Source: Bdellovibrionales bacterium
GTDB lineage: Bacteria; Bdellovibrionota; Bdellovibrionia; Bdellovibrionales; UBA1609
DNA length: 64,000 nt
Assembly: GCA_965199825.1 (NCBI GenBank)
Contig: OZ241329.1
Location: 1,696,001-1,760,000 of the forward strand
Direction: 5' to 3'
The translations under genes and the position numbers were made by a program. This document shows, in pieces, positions 1 through 8,490 of this stretch. The notes under the pieces are model-generated. The model had not been told where the DNA came from and did not search any database. It saw only the letters and a program-made list of their open reading frames with translations. How positions within the stretch are numbered: position 1 is the first letter of the stretch; every line of letters begins with the position of its first letter.

Positions 1-1
1 A

Positions 2-3000
2 ACATTTTATTTTAAAACTTGTTTATGGAATATGCTCCAAAACCAATCCATCATTGGTCACGCGTTTAGCATTACGGGACCCGATCAGCCTAAGACCAAC
101 CCCGAGCAGCCAAAGACAGATCCTTATGGATGTCTCAATTGGTCTGAGGTTATCGATTTCGATCCGTTAGCTCAGCCGACGTTTTTGCAAATAGAAAGAA
201 CATTTGTTCCTCACGGTCTTCACCGCGGAAATCGCACCGTTTCTTTCGCCATTAATCCATGGTCGCACTTTAACGGCGGCGAAGCCGATGTTGTTGACCG
301 CACGATTAGCAGTTTGGCCGTTGCGCGTATCGAACCTTTTAAAAAGGAGGCGCTCCTTTCTAAAAATTCTAAACACAATGTTCCGATGTCGATCGAAACT
401 GTGAGCTACGACACTCTCAGTGTGAACGATAGTCTCAGTAAGAGTGTTGTCGATATCAGCTTTATTCCCTCTTATGTGCTCACGTCGATGACGGGTGAAA
501 CTCAACCGCCAACTCCTTTTTTAGAAGGTCAATTTAGAGTTAAGCCCTATTTGATTCACAAATCTTTGGGCGGTAGTTCTGAAATGATGTGGCAAGATGT
601 GTCGCCACAAATTGCCGAAGTCAAAAGTGGATCGATGGCTAGTGTGCAGTTTCGTGATGTACGTTTTGCCCGAGACCTTGAGTCCACGGGGACATACCAA
701 TTGTTACTTGAGGTTGAGCCTGTTAACGGCCCCGCCGGCTTAAGCAATTTTCGCCAAGTGTATTTACTTGGGGATATGAAAAACGCCAAAGGGGGATCAA
801 GTTTTAAACGTGATCCTTCGGCTCATATTGCGGATCTCAACCAAGTTCAAATCGAGAGCTATAAAAGCGAAATTGCACCACCTGCAGAAACGACTACCGC
901 TAAAGCAATCCGTCTTGGAAAAACAAAAATCGACGTGTTCGAGGTGGGCAATGATTTTGGAGATCGAAGAAAGCTACAGATCAACATTGCAGCTCCTGTA
1001 GTGGATCGCGATTTTAAACCCTTAAGACCGGATTTGCCCTTTATAGTCGAGTTTGAGCCTCTAGGTGATGGACCAAAATTGGAATTTAAAAAGAGTGAGG
1101 TTAAAACCGAACTTGGAGGAATTCTTTACTTGCGAAGTGAGATTCTGCACTCCAATTTTTATAAACAACAAAAGAAAATCCCCTATATTTTGCGGGCTCA
1201 TTATCAGACACAAGATCAAAAGGAAACCGCAATGGATTCACTCACCGCGGAGCGTGTGATTTGTTTAAATCCAAGTGCTCAAGGAGCGTTTGATACCGAT
1301 CAGGTTTATTTCACCAATGGTCAGTGCCCCAATCAACCTGACGCTGATGAGAAGCCAACGTTAAAGCTCACAGACTTGATGTGGAAACTAAGTCCACATC
1401 CAGCGCTCTACAGTGTGGATCAAAATCTAACCTTAAATTCAAAAATGTTTATGACCGTGTCCTTAGCGCCAGATATTTATCGCTACGACGGGCCTGATCG
1501 CAAGCAAGCCAAGGCCGAAGGCTTAGTAAATGGTTATTATTTACTCACGGTTATGACTTTGTTTAACGACACCGTCAACAATCGCGCCGATCAGATTTTG
1601 ACAAGCACACAAGGTGTGGTGAAGTCCGAAGGTGGAAAAATCGAGGCTGAGATTGAACTCTTGGTCAACAGCAACAATGCTCTTCCTTTGATGACTCAGC
1701 CAAATTATGTGGCGGTACAGGTTTCACAAATTGATCAAAGTGATCTTCGGTTTGACGCCCAAAAACATGCAAAAAACTTTCGTGTTTTGGATTCGACTGA
1801 AACTGACTTGGTCAGCGTTCCTTCGATCTTCGAGATTTCTCCGGATGGGAGCGGCGCACCTGTCAAAGACCGCAACAACCTCAATAAGGATCAAAAATAT
1901 TTAAGTGATATTTATAACGAACTTGATCACAAACCGCTGTGGGAGCGCCATCTTGTTTGGGCCAAGGGAACTCAAAAATATTCGTCTCAGCCTAAAACTG
2001 ACCAAGAGATCGCAAGCTCTTGGAAAGAATTTGGCAATAAACTTAAAACCAAAACCTTTGAATTTTCCTCGCAAGGGGACCTTGATCAGTTTTTAAAAGA
2101 AAGCATTCCTCCTAGAGAATATGGACCCTCGTTTAGAGGCATTGCCCAATCGGATGCGATTGAAACTTTCAAATGTTTAGACCAAGCCAATTGGGGTTTT
2201 AAAGATTCGGTACCCACATGTGGAAAAATCAAACATGTTTTTAAAGCGGCCCGTCGCTTGTGTCCCTTGTTTGAATCCGAATTCATTTGTAGCCGTTCGC
2301 CTTTTGAATATCTCAAGGCCGAAACAAAAATCTTCGCCTACGATGTCGACCAAAATGTTCCATCAGAAGATGTCTACATGGGTGGCATTCCGACAAATAT
2401 TGGTGTGAACAATATGTTTGGAATTGGATCTTATTTTGGCAGTGATGTGGGTCAATCCAATACATCGACCGGTGCTTTGAGTTTAGGTGCAAATCAGTTG
2501 GGTGCCGCAGGCTTCAATGCCCACCTTTATCCTGGTGGTATGGCCGCAATCGGGCTTGCGAGTGTTTCAACCACAAGGAGCGAATCGGCATTTATGATCG
2601 ATTTCTCCAGAAACTATCGTGAGAACATGAGCTATATGGGGAACACCGCAGCCCTGAAAATTGAAATCACCGATGCGATGATTCATCTCAAAAAGTCGCG
2701 AACCTGTTATTTGCTTCGCAGTCCGAAGATGGTTCATGAAACCGAAGGTGGATTTTTATTTTGTGAGCAACCCAAGACCGCACCCGAAGGTCATCCCGAC
2801 AAAGCACTTGAGCGATATGTGTCGGTTTATAATATTCCGGCAAGTGGAGCGATGGTCAGTCCCTATGATTTGAAAAACCGATTTATGGTCCATTTCCGTG
2901 GCGAGCGTGACTACTACAAGTTTATGAAACTTTTCGCCAATGACCTCAAAGGTTATCAAATTGGCGGAGTTCCAACTCCTGTGAGCGACATGCTCATGCG

Positions 3001-3277
3001 TTGTGTATACCCCGAGGTAAAAGCCCAACTCCCAATGGTCGATGGCATTATTTCGAGTACTTTTCCTGGTGTTAACGTTTACTCGCGGATTGCCAATCGT
3101 GGGGCCGACCGAAATTTTAATAGTTGGTTGGGAGATGTCCCTAACATCGTGAATGTCTTTAATCCGCTAGAGTCCTTTGGAACGAAACGGGTGACCAACA
3201 CCAACGACATGAATAGTGAAGTGATCGAGGATCTTCCAAAATACAGTAAGGCGCACTACTTGTGTCCAAGACGTTAA
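2..3277 (+). CDS. Large hypothetical exported protein, paralog A (5'-partial)
   Basis: The ORF track starts at ATG 32, but the frame is open from base 2 (TFYFKTCLWN-MLQNQ...). This aligns with QFNACLKDH of the next ORF, so the true start lies before the window. Collinear similarity to 3262..6642 over the whole length. Confidence 0.85.
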   Translation, partial: TFYFKTCLWNMLQNQSIIGHAFSITGPDQPKTNPEQPKTDPYGCLNWSEVIDFDPLAQPTFLQIERTFVPHGLHRGNRTVSFAINPWSHFNGGEADVVDRTISSLAVARIEPFKKEALLSKNSKHNVPMSIETVSYDTLSVNDSLSKSVVDISFIPSYVLTSMTGETQPPTPFLEGQFRVKPYLIHKSLGGSSEMMWQDVSPQIAEVKSGSMASVQFRDVRFARDLESTGTYQLLLEVEPVNGPAGLSNFRQVYLLGDMKNAKGGSSFKRDPSAHIADLNQVQIESYKSEIAPPAETTTAKAIRLGKTKIDVFEVGNDFGDRRKLQINIAAPVVDRDFKPLRPDLPFIVEFEPLGDGPKLEFKKSEVKTELGGILYLRSEILHSNFYKQQKKIPYILRAHYQTQDQKETAMDSLTAERVICLNPSAQGAFDTDQVYFTNGQCPNQPDADEKPTLKLTDLMWKLSPHPALYSVDQNLTLNSKMFMTVSLAPDIYRYDGPDRKQAKAEGLVNGYYLLTVMTLFNDTVNNRADQILTSTQGVVKSEGGKIEAEIELLVNSNNALPLMTQPNYVAVQVSQIDQSDLRFDAQKHAKNFRVLDSTETDLVSVPSIFEISPDGSGAPVKDRNNLNKDQKYLSDIYNELDHKPLWERHLVWAKGTQKYSSQPKTDQEIASSWKEFGNKLKTKTFEFSSQGDLDQFLKESIPPREYGPSFRGIAQSDAIETFKCLDQANWGFKDSVPTCGKIKHVFKAARRLCPLFESEFICSRSPFEYLKAETKIFAYDVDQNVPSEDVYMGGIPTNIGVNNMFGIGSYFGSDVGQSNTSTGALSLGANQLGAAGFNAHLYPGGMAAIGLASVSTTRSESAFMIDFSRNYRENMSYMGNTAALKIEITDAMIHLKKSRTCYLLRSPKMVHETEGGFLFCEQPKTAPEGHPDKALERYVSVYNIPASGAMVSPYDLKNRFMVHFRGERDYYKFMKLFANDLKGYQIGGVPTPVSDMLMRCVYPEVKAQLPMVDGIISSTFPGVNVYSRIANRGADRNFNSWLGDVPNIVNVFNPLESFGTKRVTNTNDMNSEVIEDLPKYSKAHYLCPRR
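80..121 (+). repeat. 21-bp in-frame tandem duplication (PDQPKTN/PEQPKTD)
   Basis: cccgatcagcctaagaccaac followed directly by cccgagcagccaaagacagat. Confidence 0.8.
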
Positions 3278-6200
3278 ATTTAATTTGTTTATTTGGTCTG
3301 GTGGCTTGCGGGCAGCGCTCTGAGCGCGGCTCGATGATTTATGCCGCCAACATTTCTGGGAAGGCGCTGACATTTAATGCATCCGAATTTGAATGGGGTC
3401 TTCCTGATCATAGGGTAATTCAATTCAACGCTTGTCTTAAAGATCACTCGCGCGAAGGTGCGATTCAAAACCAAGCGATTGAAATTCTGAAATCCGATCG
3501 GACTGTGGTTGATCAAGAGATTGCACCCAAAACGGATCGTGATGGTTGTTTTAGTTGGACCGAAGATTTTGCGGTAGAAAGTCTTAAATCTCCTCACTAT
3601 ACCAAGATCACCCGCATACTAAAACCGCAGAGCACCTTTCAACCAATCGAAGTTCACTTAGCCATAAATCCTTGGGAAGGTATCAACGGCAACGAGACTG
3701 CAGTGATCAATGCCGATCAATTTGCCCAGATAAAAAATGAAACGGTCAATTCATCTGCTCCGATCGAATTTTTGGTCGATCGTGTTTCATATCAAATAGA
3801 TTTTGATTATACACAGATGCAGGCAGACGGTCTTAAAGGACAATTGATTCTTTCATTCGCACCAAGCATCAAACTGGTCGGAATGACAGGCCGTGAAAAA
3901 GCTCTTAAACTGACCAAAGGGTTGCTCAGAATCAAGGCCCAAATTTGGCGTCAAGCTGAACACGGTTCTGCCACCCTCATCGCTGAGACCCCATCAACTC
4001 AGGATGCGATTCGTTTTCGCAATCAGGATTTTACTTCAGGACGCCTGCCACTAATTTTTAAAACAAATAAGTTGGATGCTCCGGGTACTTATTTTTTATC
4101 GCTCTATGCAGAACCGCAAAATGCTCCACAAGGATTGGCGGCACTTCAACGTAATTTCCGGCTTGGTGGAAGTCTTGACGAAGCGGGTTCGGCAAAATTC
4201 GATTCTGCATTTTTGGTTCCTCAACAGGTGCAAAATATAAATCCCTTAAGCGTGGTCGAAAGTTATCGTTTGGACATTGTGAGCGGTTCGATCGAAGAAG
4301 TTTCGCGCGAGAAGACCGAAGGCCAAAACGAAGTGACCGCGCGCATTCGCTTTGAAGCGCCCATAATTAATCCGTTATTAAAAACGGCTGTGGTCAATCG
4401 AGAATTTAAAATCTCGTCGCTTCAAGATCCCCAAGTTGAAATTTTTTGTGATCAAAAAAAATTGTGTAAAACTGACGAAGATGGAATTTTAAGATGGGTC
4501 GATCAGTTGACCTATGCCCCCTATGAAAAAATTAAACCTCGTGGACGCACTTACAAATTACGATTGGTGGATGCTAAAACTGGTGAGAGTGTGGCCCAGG
4601 ATATTGAGATTAATCCTCAAACTACCAATACCCAGTCAAAAATTGTAGATCCCCGTGAGGCAAAAAACAGGGCTGATTCCACCGTGCCGGATCAGCAACC
4701 CGAATTCCGAATCCAAAAAATTTGTTTAACCAAAGTTTTGTCGCGAGAAATTGCCGAAGTCGACAATCAAATGTACCTCAATTTGCGAAATAAATTTGAT
4801 GTGGTGATGAAGCCTAGGATTCTTAGATTTGATGATCCTGCATTTGGGCTTCAAGCACCTTATCAGCTTCCACGGGTTGGCGATTATCTTTTAACGATGG
4901 TTGTTTATCCTTCGCCAAATAAAACAGATCAGCCCATCACTTCACACCAACAGATTTTTCATTATTCGGGTGGTCCCGTTGTTCAATTTCCTTTTGAGCT
5001 ATTAGTGAGCAATGCTCATCAAGAATTGCAAAATGCCTTTGTCCTAGCGCAATTGTCGTTTGTCGATCAAAAAACAAAAACGGCACTTCACACCGACTTT
5101 AAAACTCCAGTAATGGCCTTTGATTTTAGTTTGAATGATCCGGGAACTTGTCAGCAATTTGTGGATCAGGGCAATTTTATCGATCAACAAAAATCCTTGG
5201 TCGAGTATAACAATAAAGATCTTAATGAGGATCATCAGAACTACCAAGCTCAGCTTAAAAAACATAGTGATGACTTTGATCAACTTGCTGAGGATCGAAA
5301 AAATTTCGAATGGATCAACGATGCTCAAAGATTTGAAGTTAGACCATTGCTTGTTACCGATAATGGATTAAAAGCCGACGGTTTTTTAGACGTCAATCAA
5401 ACACAAATGGAAAATGCGCTGAGCTGCCTTGAGAAATCAAGTTGGGCACAAAATTTTCAAATGCCAAATTGCCTTAAATCTTGGGCGCCCATCTATCAAT
5501 CGATATGCTCTCATTTTTTTGAAGGTGTTGATCAAGCCAAGCGGTACAAATCCAATACATCTCACGATGTTCAGTTTGATCCCGAAATTTATTCGGCTCG
5601 ACAGCGCTTTGCGAGTTTGCTCCAGGAATGCACGGAACGACCCGACCGCTATTTTGCGACATATAAACAGACTTACGTATATAAACATAAAGGATCAACC
5701 AACCAAAACTCGATGTCGACTTCGGTTCCGGTCACGCGCAATTATAACATCGGTGTTTTTGGCGGCAGCGATTTTATGCGTGAGTCCAATTTCAACATCG
5801 GCGCCAAGGCAATTTTATTGTTTCCACTTAACGAGATCAGAAAGTCGTTAAAACTTACTAAAGCCCAGCGAATCATTGCAAATGCTCCTCCTTTAGGAAT
5901 GTCCTATGCGGATGCCACCAAAAATATAATAATAGCGTTTGAGGAAGAAGGCTTCGCGACGCCCAAGCTTCCGGTGCTTGCCCGAGGTTATGATCGGTTC
6001 GAGCAAATCTATGAGTTTGAAACTCTCAACAATGAATCTGCTCTGACAACCAATGCCAGTTTTAATGTTGAAACATTCAATATGGATATTGAGGTCGGCA
6101 GCTCTCGGGATTGTTATCAGTTAAGTGCGAACACAGACTTCTTTATCGATGCGTTGATGCTTGATAACGTTGGCGAGATATTAAAAGATCAGTCGCGCTA

Positions 6201-6642
6201 CTTTTGTTTTCCAATCAATTCCGATGACCGAGTGATCCCGCAATCTTATCGCATTTTTCACTATGCATCGACACAACCCGTGCAAGCCAGTGTCAATACT
6301 ATGGAAGTCACTCAGTCGCTGATTCTTAAAGGGTTTGGAGACTACAGAGCGTTCTTGTCGGTATTTCAAGATCATATGTCGCCCTACCACTTGGATTATA
6401 TTCCAACACCGCTTTCGAGTTTTTTTTCTGACATCAAAAAAGATCAGCGCAGTGGTCGAATTCTTGGTTTGGCCGAGACCGCGGGTATTTTAAAATCAGA
6501 ACCTCCGGTTGAGCCAGGCACTTTCATGGCTGTTGGCGATCAGCGAAATTATCTCGAAAGAATAAGGGATTGGGTATTTGTTCGCGGTGATGTTAAACGC
6601 ACAAGAGTTAAAGACCAGAATCGGCGTCATCTGGCGCCGTGA
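3262..6642 (+). CDS. Large hypothetical lipoprotein, paralog B
   Basis: GTG start overlapping the previous ORF by 16 nt. Signal peptide with lipobox LVAC. Shared motifs PKTDxxGCxxW, AINPW, SRxCYxL, GxxDY, PTP. Confidence 0.85.
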   Translation: MSKTLNLICLFGLVACGQRSERGSMIYAANISGKALTFNASEFEWGLPDHRVIQFNACLKDHSREGAIQNQAIEILKSDRTVVDQEIAPKTDRDGCFSWTEDFAVESLKSPHYTKITRILKPQSTFQPIEVHLAINPWEGINGNETAVINADQFAQIKNETVNSSAPIEFLVDRVSYQIDFDYTQMQADGLKGQLILSFAPSIKLVGMTGREKALKLTKGLLRIKAQIWRQAEHGSATLIAETPSTQDAIRFRNQDFTSGRLPLIFKTNKLDAPGTYFLSLYAEPQNAPQGLAALQRNFRLGGSLDEAGSAKFDSAFLVPQQVQNINPLSVVESYRLDIVSGSIEEVSREKTEGQNEVTARIRFEAPIINPLLKTAVVNREFKISSLQDPQVEIFCDQKKLCKTDEDGILRWVDQLTYAPYEKIKPRGRTYKLRLVDAKTGESVAQDIEINPQTTNTQSKIVDPREAKNRADSTVPDQQPEFRIQKICLTKVLSREIAEVDNQMYLNLRNKFDVVMKPRILRFDDPAFGLQAPYQLPRVGDYLLTMVVYPSPNKTDQPITSHQQIFHYSGGPVVQFPFELLVSNAHQELQNAFVLAQLSFVDQKTKTALHTDFKTPVMAFDFSLNDPGTCQQFVDQGNFIDQQKSLVEYNNKDLNEDHQNYQAQLKKHSDDFDQLAEDRKNFEWINDAQRFEVRPLLVTDNGLKADGFLDVNQTQMENALSCLEKSSWAQNFQMPNCLKSWAPIYQSICSHFFEGVDQAKRYKSNTSHDVQFDPEIYSARQRFASLLQECTERPDRYFATYKQTYVYKHKGSTNQNSMSTSVPVTRNYNIGVFGGSDFMRESNFNIGAKAILLFPLNEIRKSLKLTKAQRIIANAPPLGMSYADATKNIIIAFEEEGFATPKLPVLARGYDRFEQIYEFETLNNESALTTNASFNVETFNMDIEVGSSRDCYQLSANTDFFIDALMLDNVGEILKDQSRYFCFPINSDDRVIPQSYRIFHYASTQPVQASVNTMEVTQSLILKGFGDYRAFLSVFQDHMSPYHLDYIPTPLSSFFSDIKKDQRSGRILGLAETAGILKSEPPVEPGTFMAVGDQRNYLERIRDWVFVRGDVKRTRVKDQNRRHLAP

Positions 6643-6659
6643 TTGCACGATTGTGAGTC

Positions 6660-7793
6660 ATGAGAGTTACAGTCATTTACGTCCTTATTTGCGCTTTATT
6701 TACGACCACATCTTGTACGCGAAAACAAAAACCTGATGAAATTCTCATCGGTGAGTATGTGTCGCTCACCGGTTCGGAAGCCACTTTTGGGGTGAGCTCT
6801 GATCGCGGGGTTCGGTTTGCGATCGAGGAGCGAAATGCCAAAGGTCGCTTACGTGGGCGGGTGATTCGGCTGATCAGTTATGATGATCAAAGCAAATCAG
6901 AAGAGACCGCCTCTGTGGTGAAGCGGCTGGTGACTCAAGATAAAGTTTTGGGTTTGATTGGGGAAGTGGCCAGCACGCGTTCAATTTTTGGTGCTTCGGT
7001 TGCCCAAAAATATAAAGTTCCGATGATCACTCCTTCGGCTACCAATCCTAAAGTTACCGAGGTGGGCGAATATATTTTTCGCTCGTGCTTTGTCGATGAG
7101 ACTCAGGGTCGAGCAATGGCCAAGTTTGCGCGTGAGCGTCTCAAGCTCAAGCGCATCGCTGTGATGAAGGATATGAAGTCCGATTTCAGTCTTGGATTTT
7201 CTGAATTTTTCGAAAAAACATTTAAAGATTTAGGTGGCGAAATCGTTTTGGTCGAGAGCTACCAATCCGAAGATTCCGATTTCAAAGCACAATTGACCCA
7301 GATTCGAAGTCAAAATGCCGATGGTTTATTTATTCCTGGGTATTATACCGCAGCAAGTTTGATTGCGGTTCAGGCGCGCCAACTTGGGATTAAATCTATA
7401 TTGCTCGGCGGAGATGGATGGGAAAGCGAAAGACTGGTGGAGCTCGGAAAAGAGGCGATTGTTGGATCTTATTTTTCGACCAAGTTTACCGCCGGAAATA
7501 AAAAAGATCCGTTGGTAAAAAGTTTTGTTGAGCGATTTCAAAAACGCTTTAACGAAATTCCCGACGGGGTGGCTGCGGCAGGCTATGACGCCGCCTTGCT
7601 CATGATTCATGCTTTGGAAACCGCGAAGGATCTGTCTCCAGATGGAGTTCGTGATGCTATCGCAAAAACCACAAATTTAAGTGGAGTTACAGGCTCAACC
7701 ACCATCAATAGCAAGCGAGACGCAACAAAGCCGGTCACGGTGGTCCGGGTGAACCAAAACAGCATTGATTATGTAGAGACCATTACCCCTTAA
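6660..7793 (+). CDS. Branched-chain amino acid ABC transporter substrate-binding protein (LivK/LivJ family)
   Basis: IGEYVSLTG, YDDQS, IGEVAS, PMITPSATNP, IFRSCFVD, DFKAQLTQI, LLGGDGW and GYDAA motifs. Possible lipoprotein (TSC). No livHMGF adjacent. Confidence 0.9.
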   Translation: MRVTVIYVLICALFTTTSCTRKQKPDEILIGEYVSLTGSEATFGVSSDRGVRFAIEERNAKGRLRGRVIRLISYDDQSKSEETASVVKRLVTQDKVLGLIGEVASTRSIFGASVAQKYKVPMITPSATNPKVTEVGEYIFRSCFVDETQGRAMAKFARERLKLKRIAVMKDMKSDFSLGFSEFFEKTFKDLGGEIVLVESYQSEDSDFKAQLTQIRSQNADGLFIPGYYTAASLIAVQARQLGIKSILLGGDGWESERLVELGKEAIVGSYFSTKFTAGNKKDPLVKSFVERFQKRFNEIPDGVAAAGYDAALLMIHALETAKDLSPDGVRDAIAKTTNLSGVTGSTTINSKRDATKPVTVVRVNQNSIDYVETITP

Positions 7794-7838
7794 CTTCGAC
7801 CAAAGTTCAGTATCGACTTTTGAGATTTTAGAATTAAA

Positions 7839-8165
7839 ATGATCTTTATGATTCGTCGTGGGCTTTTTGGTTTTTATTCTACAATTGGGCGTGTGCTTCA
7901 CCACCCATGGCATGTGTTGTGGGTTTGCTTAGGCCTCACATTTTTTAATTGTGTGCTCGATGGTAGTTTATTGCGTCTTTGGGCCTTTCATCGCGATCAA
8001 AAAGAACTCCGAATTCAAGCCTCGGCGTTGCGATTAGAAAACACCAAGGTCAAAGAACTGATCAAAAAAACCTCGGATCCAAACTTTATGGAGCGTGAGG
8101 CACGGGATCGATTTGACTTGGTTGAGGACGGCGATCTGGTGTTTGTATTCTCGCAAGATAACTAA
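7839..8165 (+). CDS. ftsB: Septum formation initiator, FtsB/DivIC family
   Basis: Single TM segment, coiled coil, then DPNFMEREARDRFDLVEDGDLVFVF, the typical FtsB C-terminus. Confidence 0.8.
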   Translation: MIFMIRRGLFGFYSTIGRVLHHPWHVLWVCLGLTFFNCVLDGSLLRLWAFHRDQKELRIQASALRLENTKVKELIKKTSDPNFMEREARDRFDLVEDGDLVFVFSQDN

Positions 8166-8223
8166 TCTACGACGCACAACAACAGTATTTGTCTTACCCA
8201 AACCGATCCTCTAGCAAAGAACA

Positions 8224-8490
8224 ATGACTAAAGACGATATCAAACACCTTCGCCATCAGTTGGGATGGAGTGCAGCCGAAATGGCTCGACGCTTAGCTCT
8301 TAAAACCGAAATCTTTTTAAAATATGAGACCGGCGAATTTCAGGCAAGTGACGATGTTCTCAGCCAACTTCAAGCCATTTCCAATTTTGTTGAGAGCAAT
8401 GCAATTCGGGTGAATTCAACCCCACTGGTCGAAGAGATGATGCGAGATCTTGGAGTTGACCAAATTCAAAACAACGCTGTCTTGAAGTGA
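8224..8490 (+). CDS. XRE-family helix-turn-helix protein
   Basis: IKHLRHQLGWSAAEMARRL...YETGE. Its stop overlaps the polA start (GTGA). Confidence 0.8.
   Translation: MTKDDIKHLRHQLGWSAAEMARRLALKTEIFLKYETGEFQASDDVLSQLQAISNFVESNAIRVNSTPLVEEMMRDLGVDQIQNNAVLK

Noticed and set aside
8224..8490. XRE protein as the antitoxin of a toxin-antitoxin pair
   Set aside because: Its neighbours are ftsB-like and polA; no toxin ORF is adjacent.
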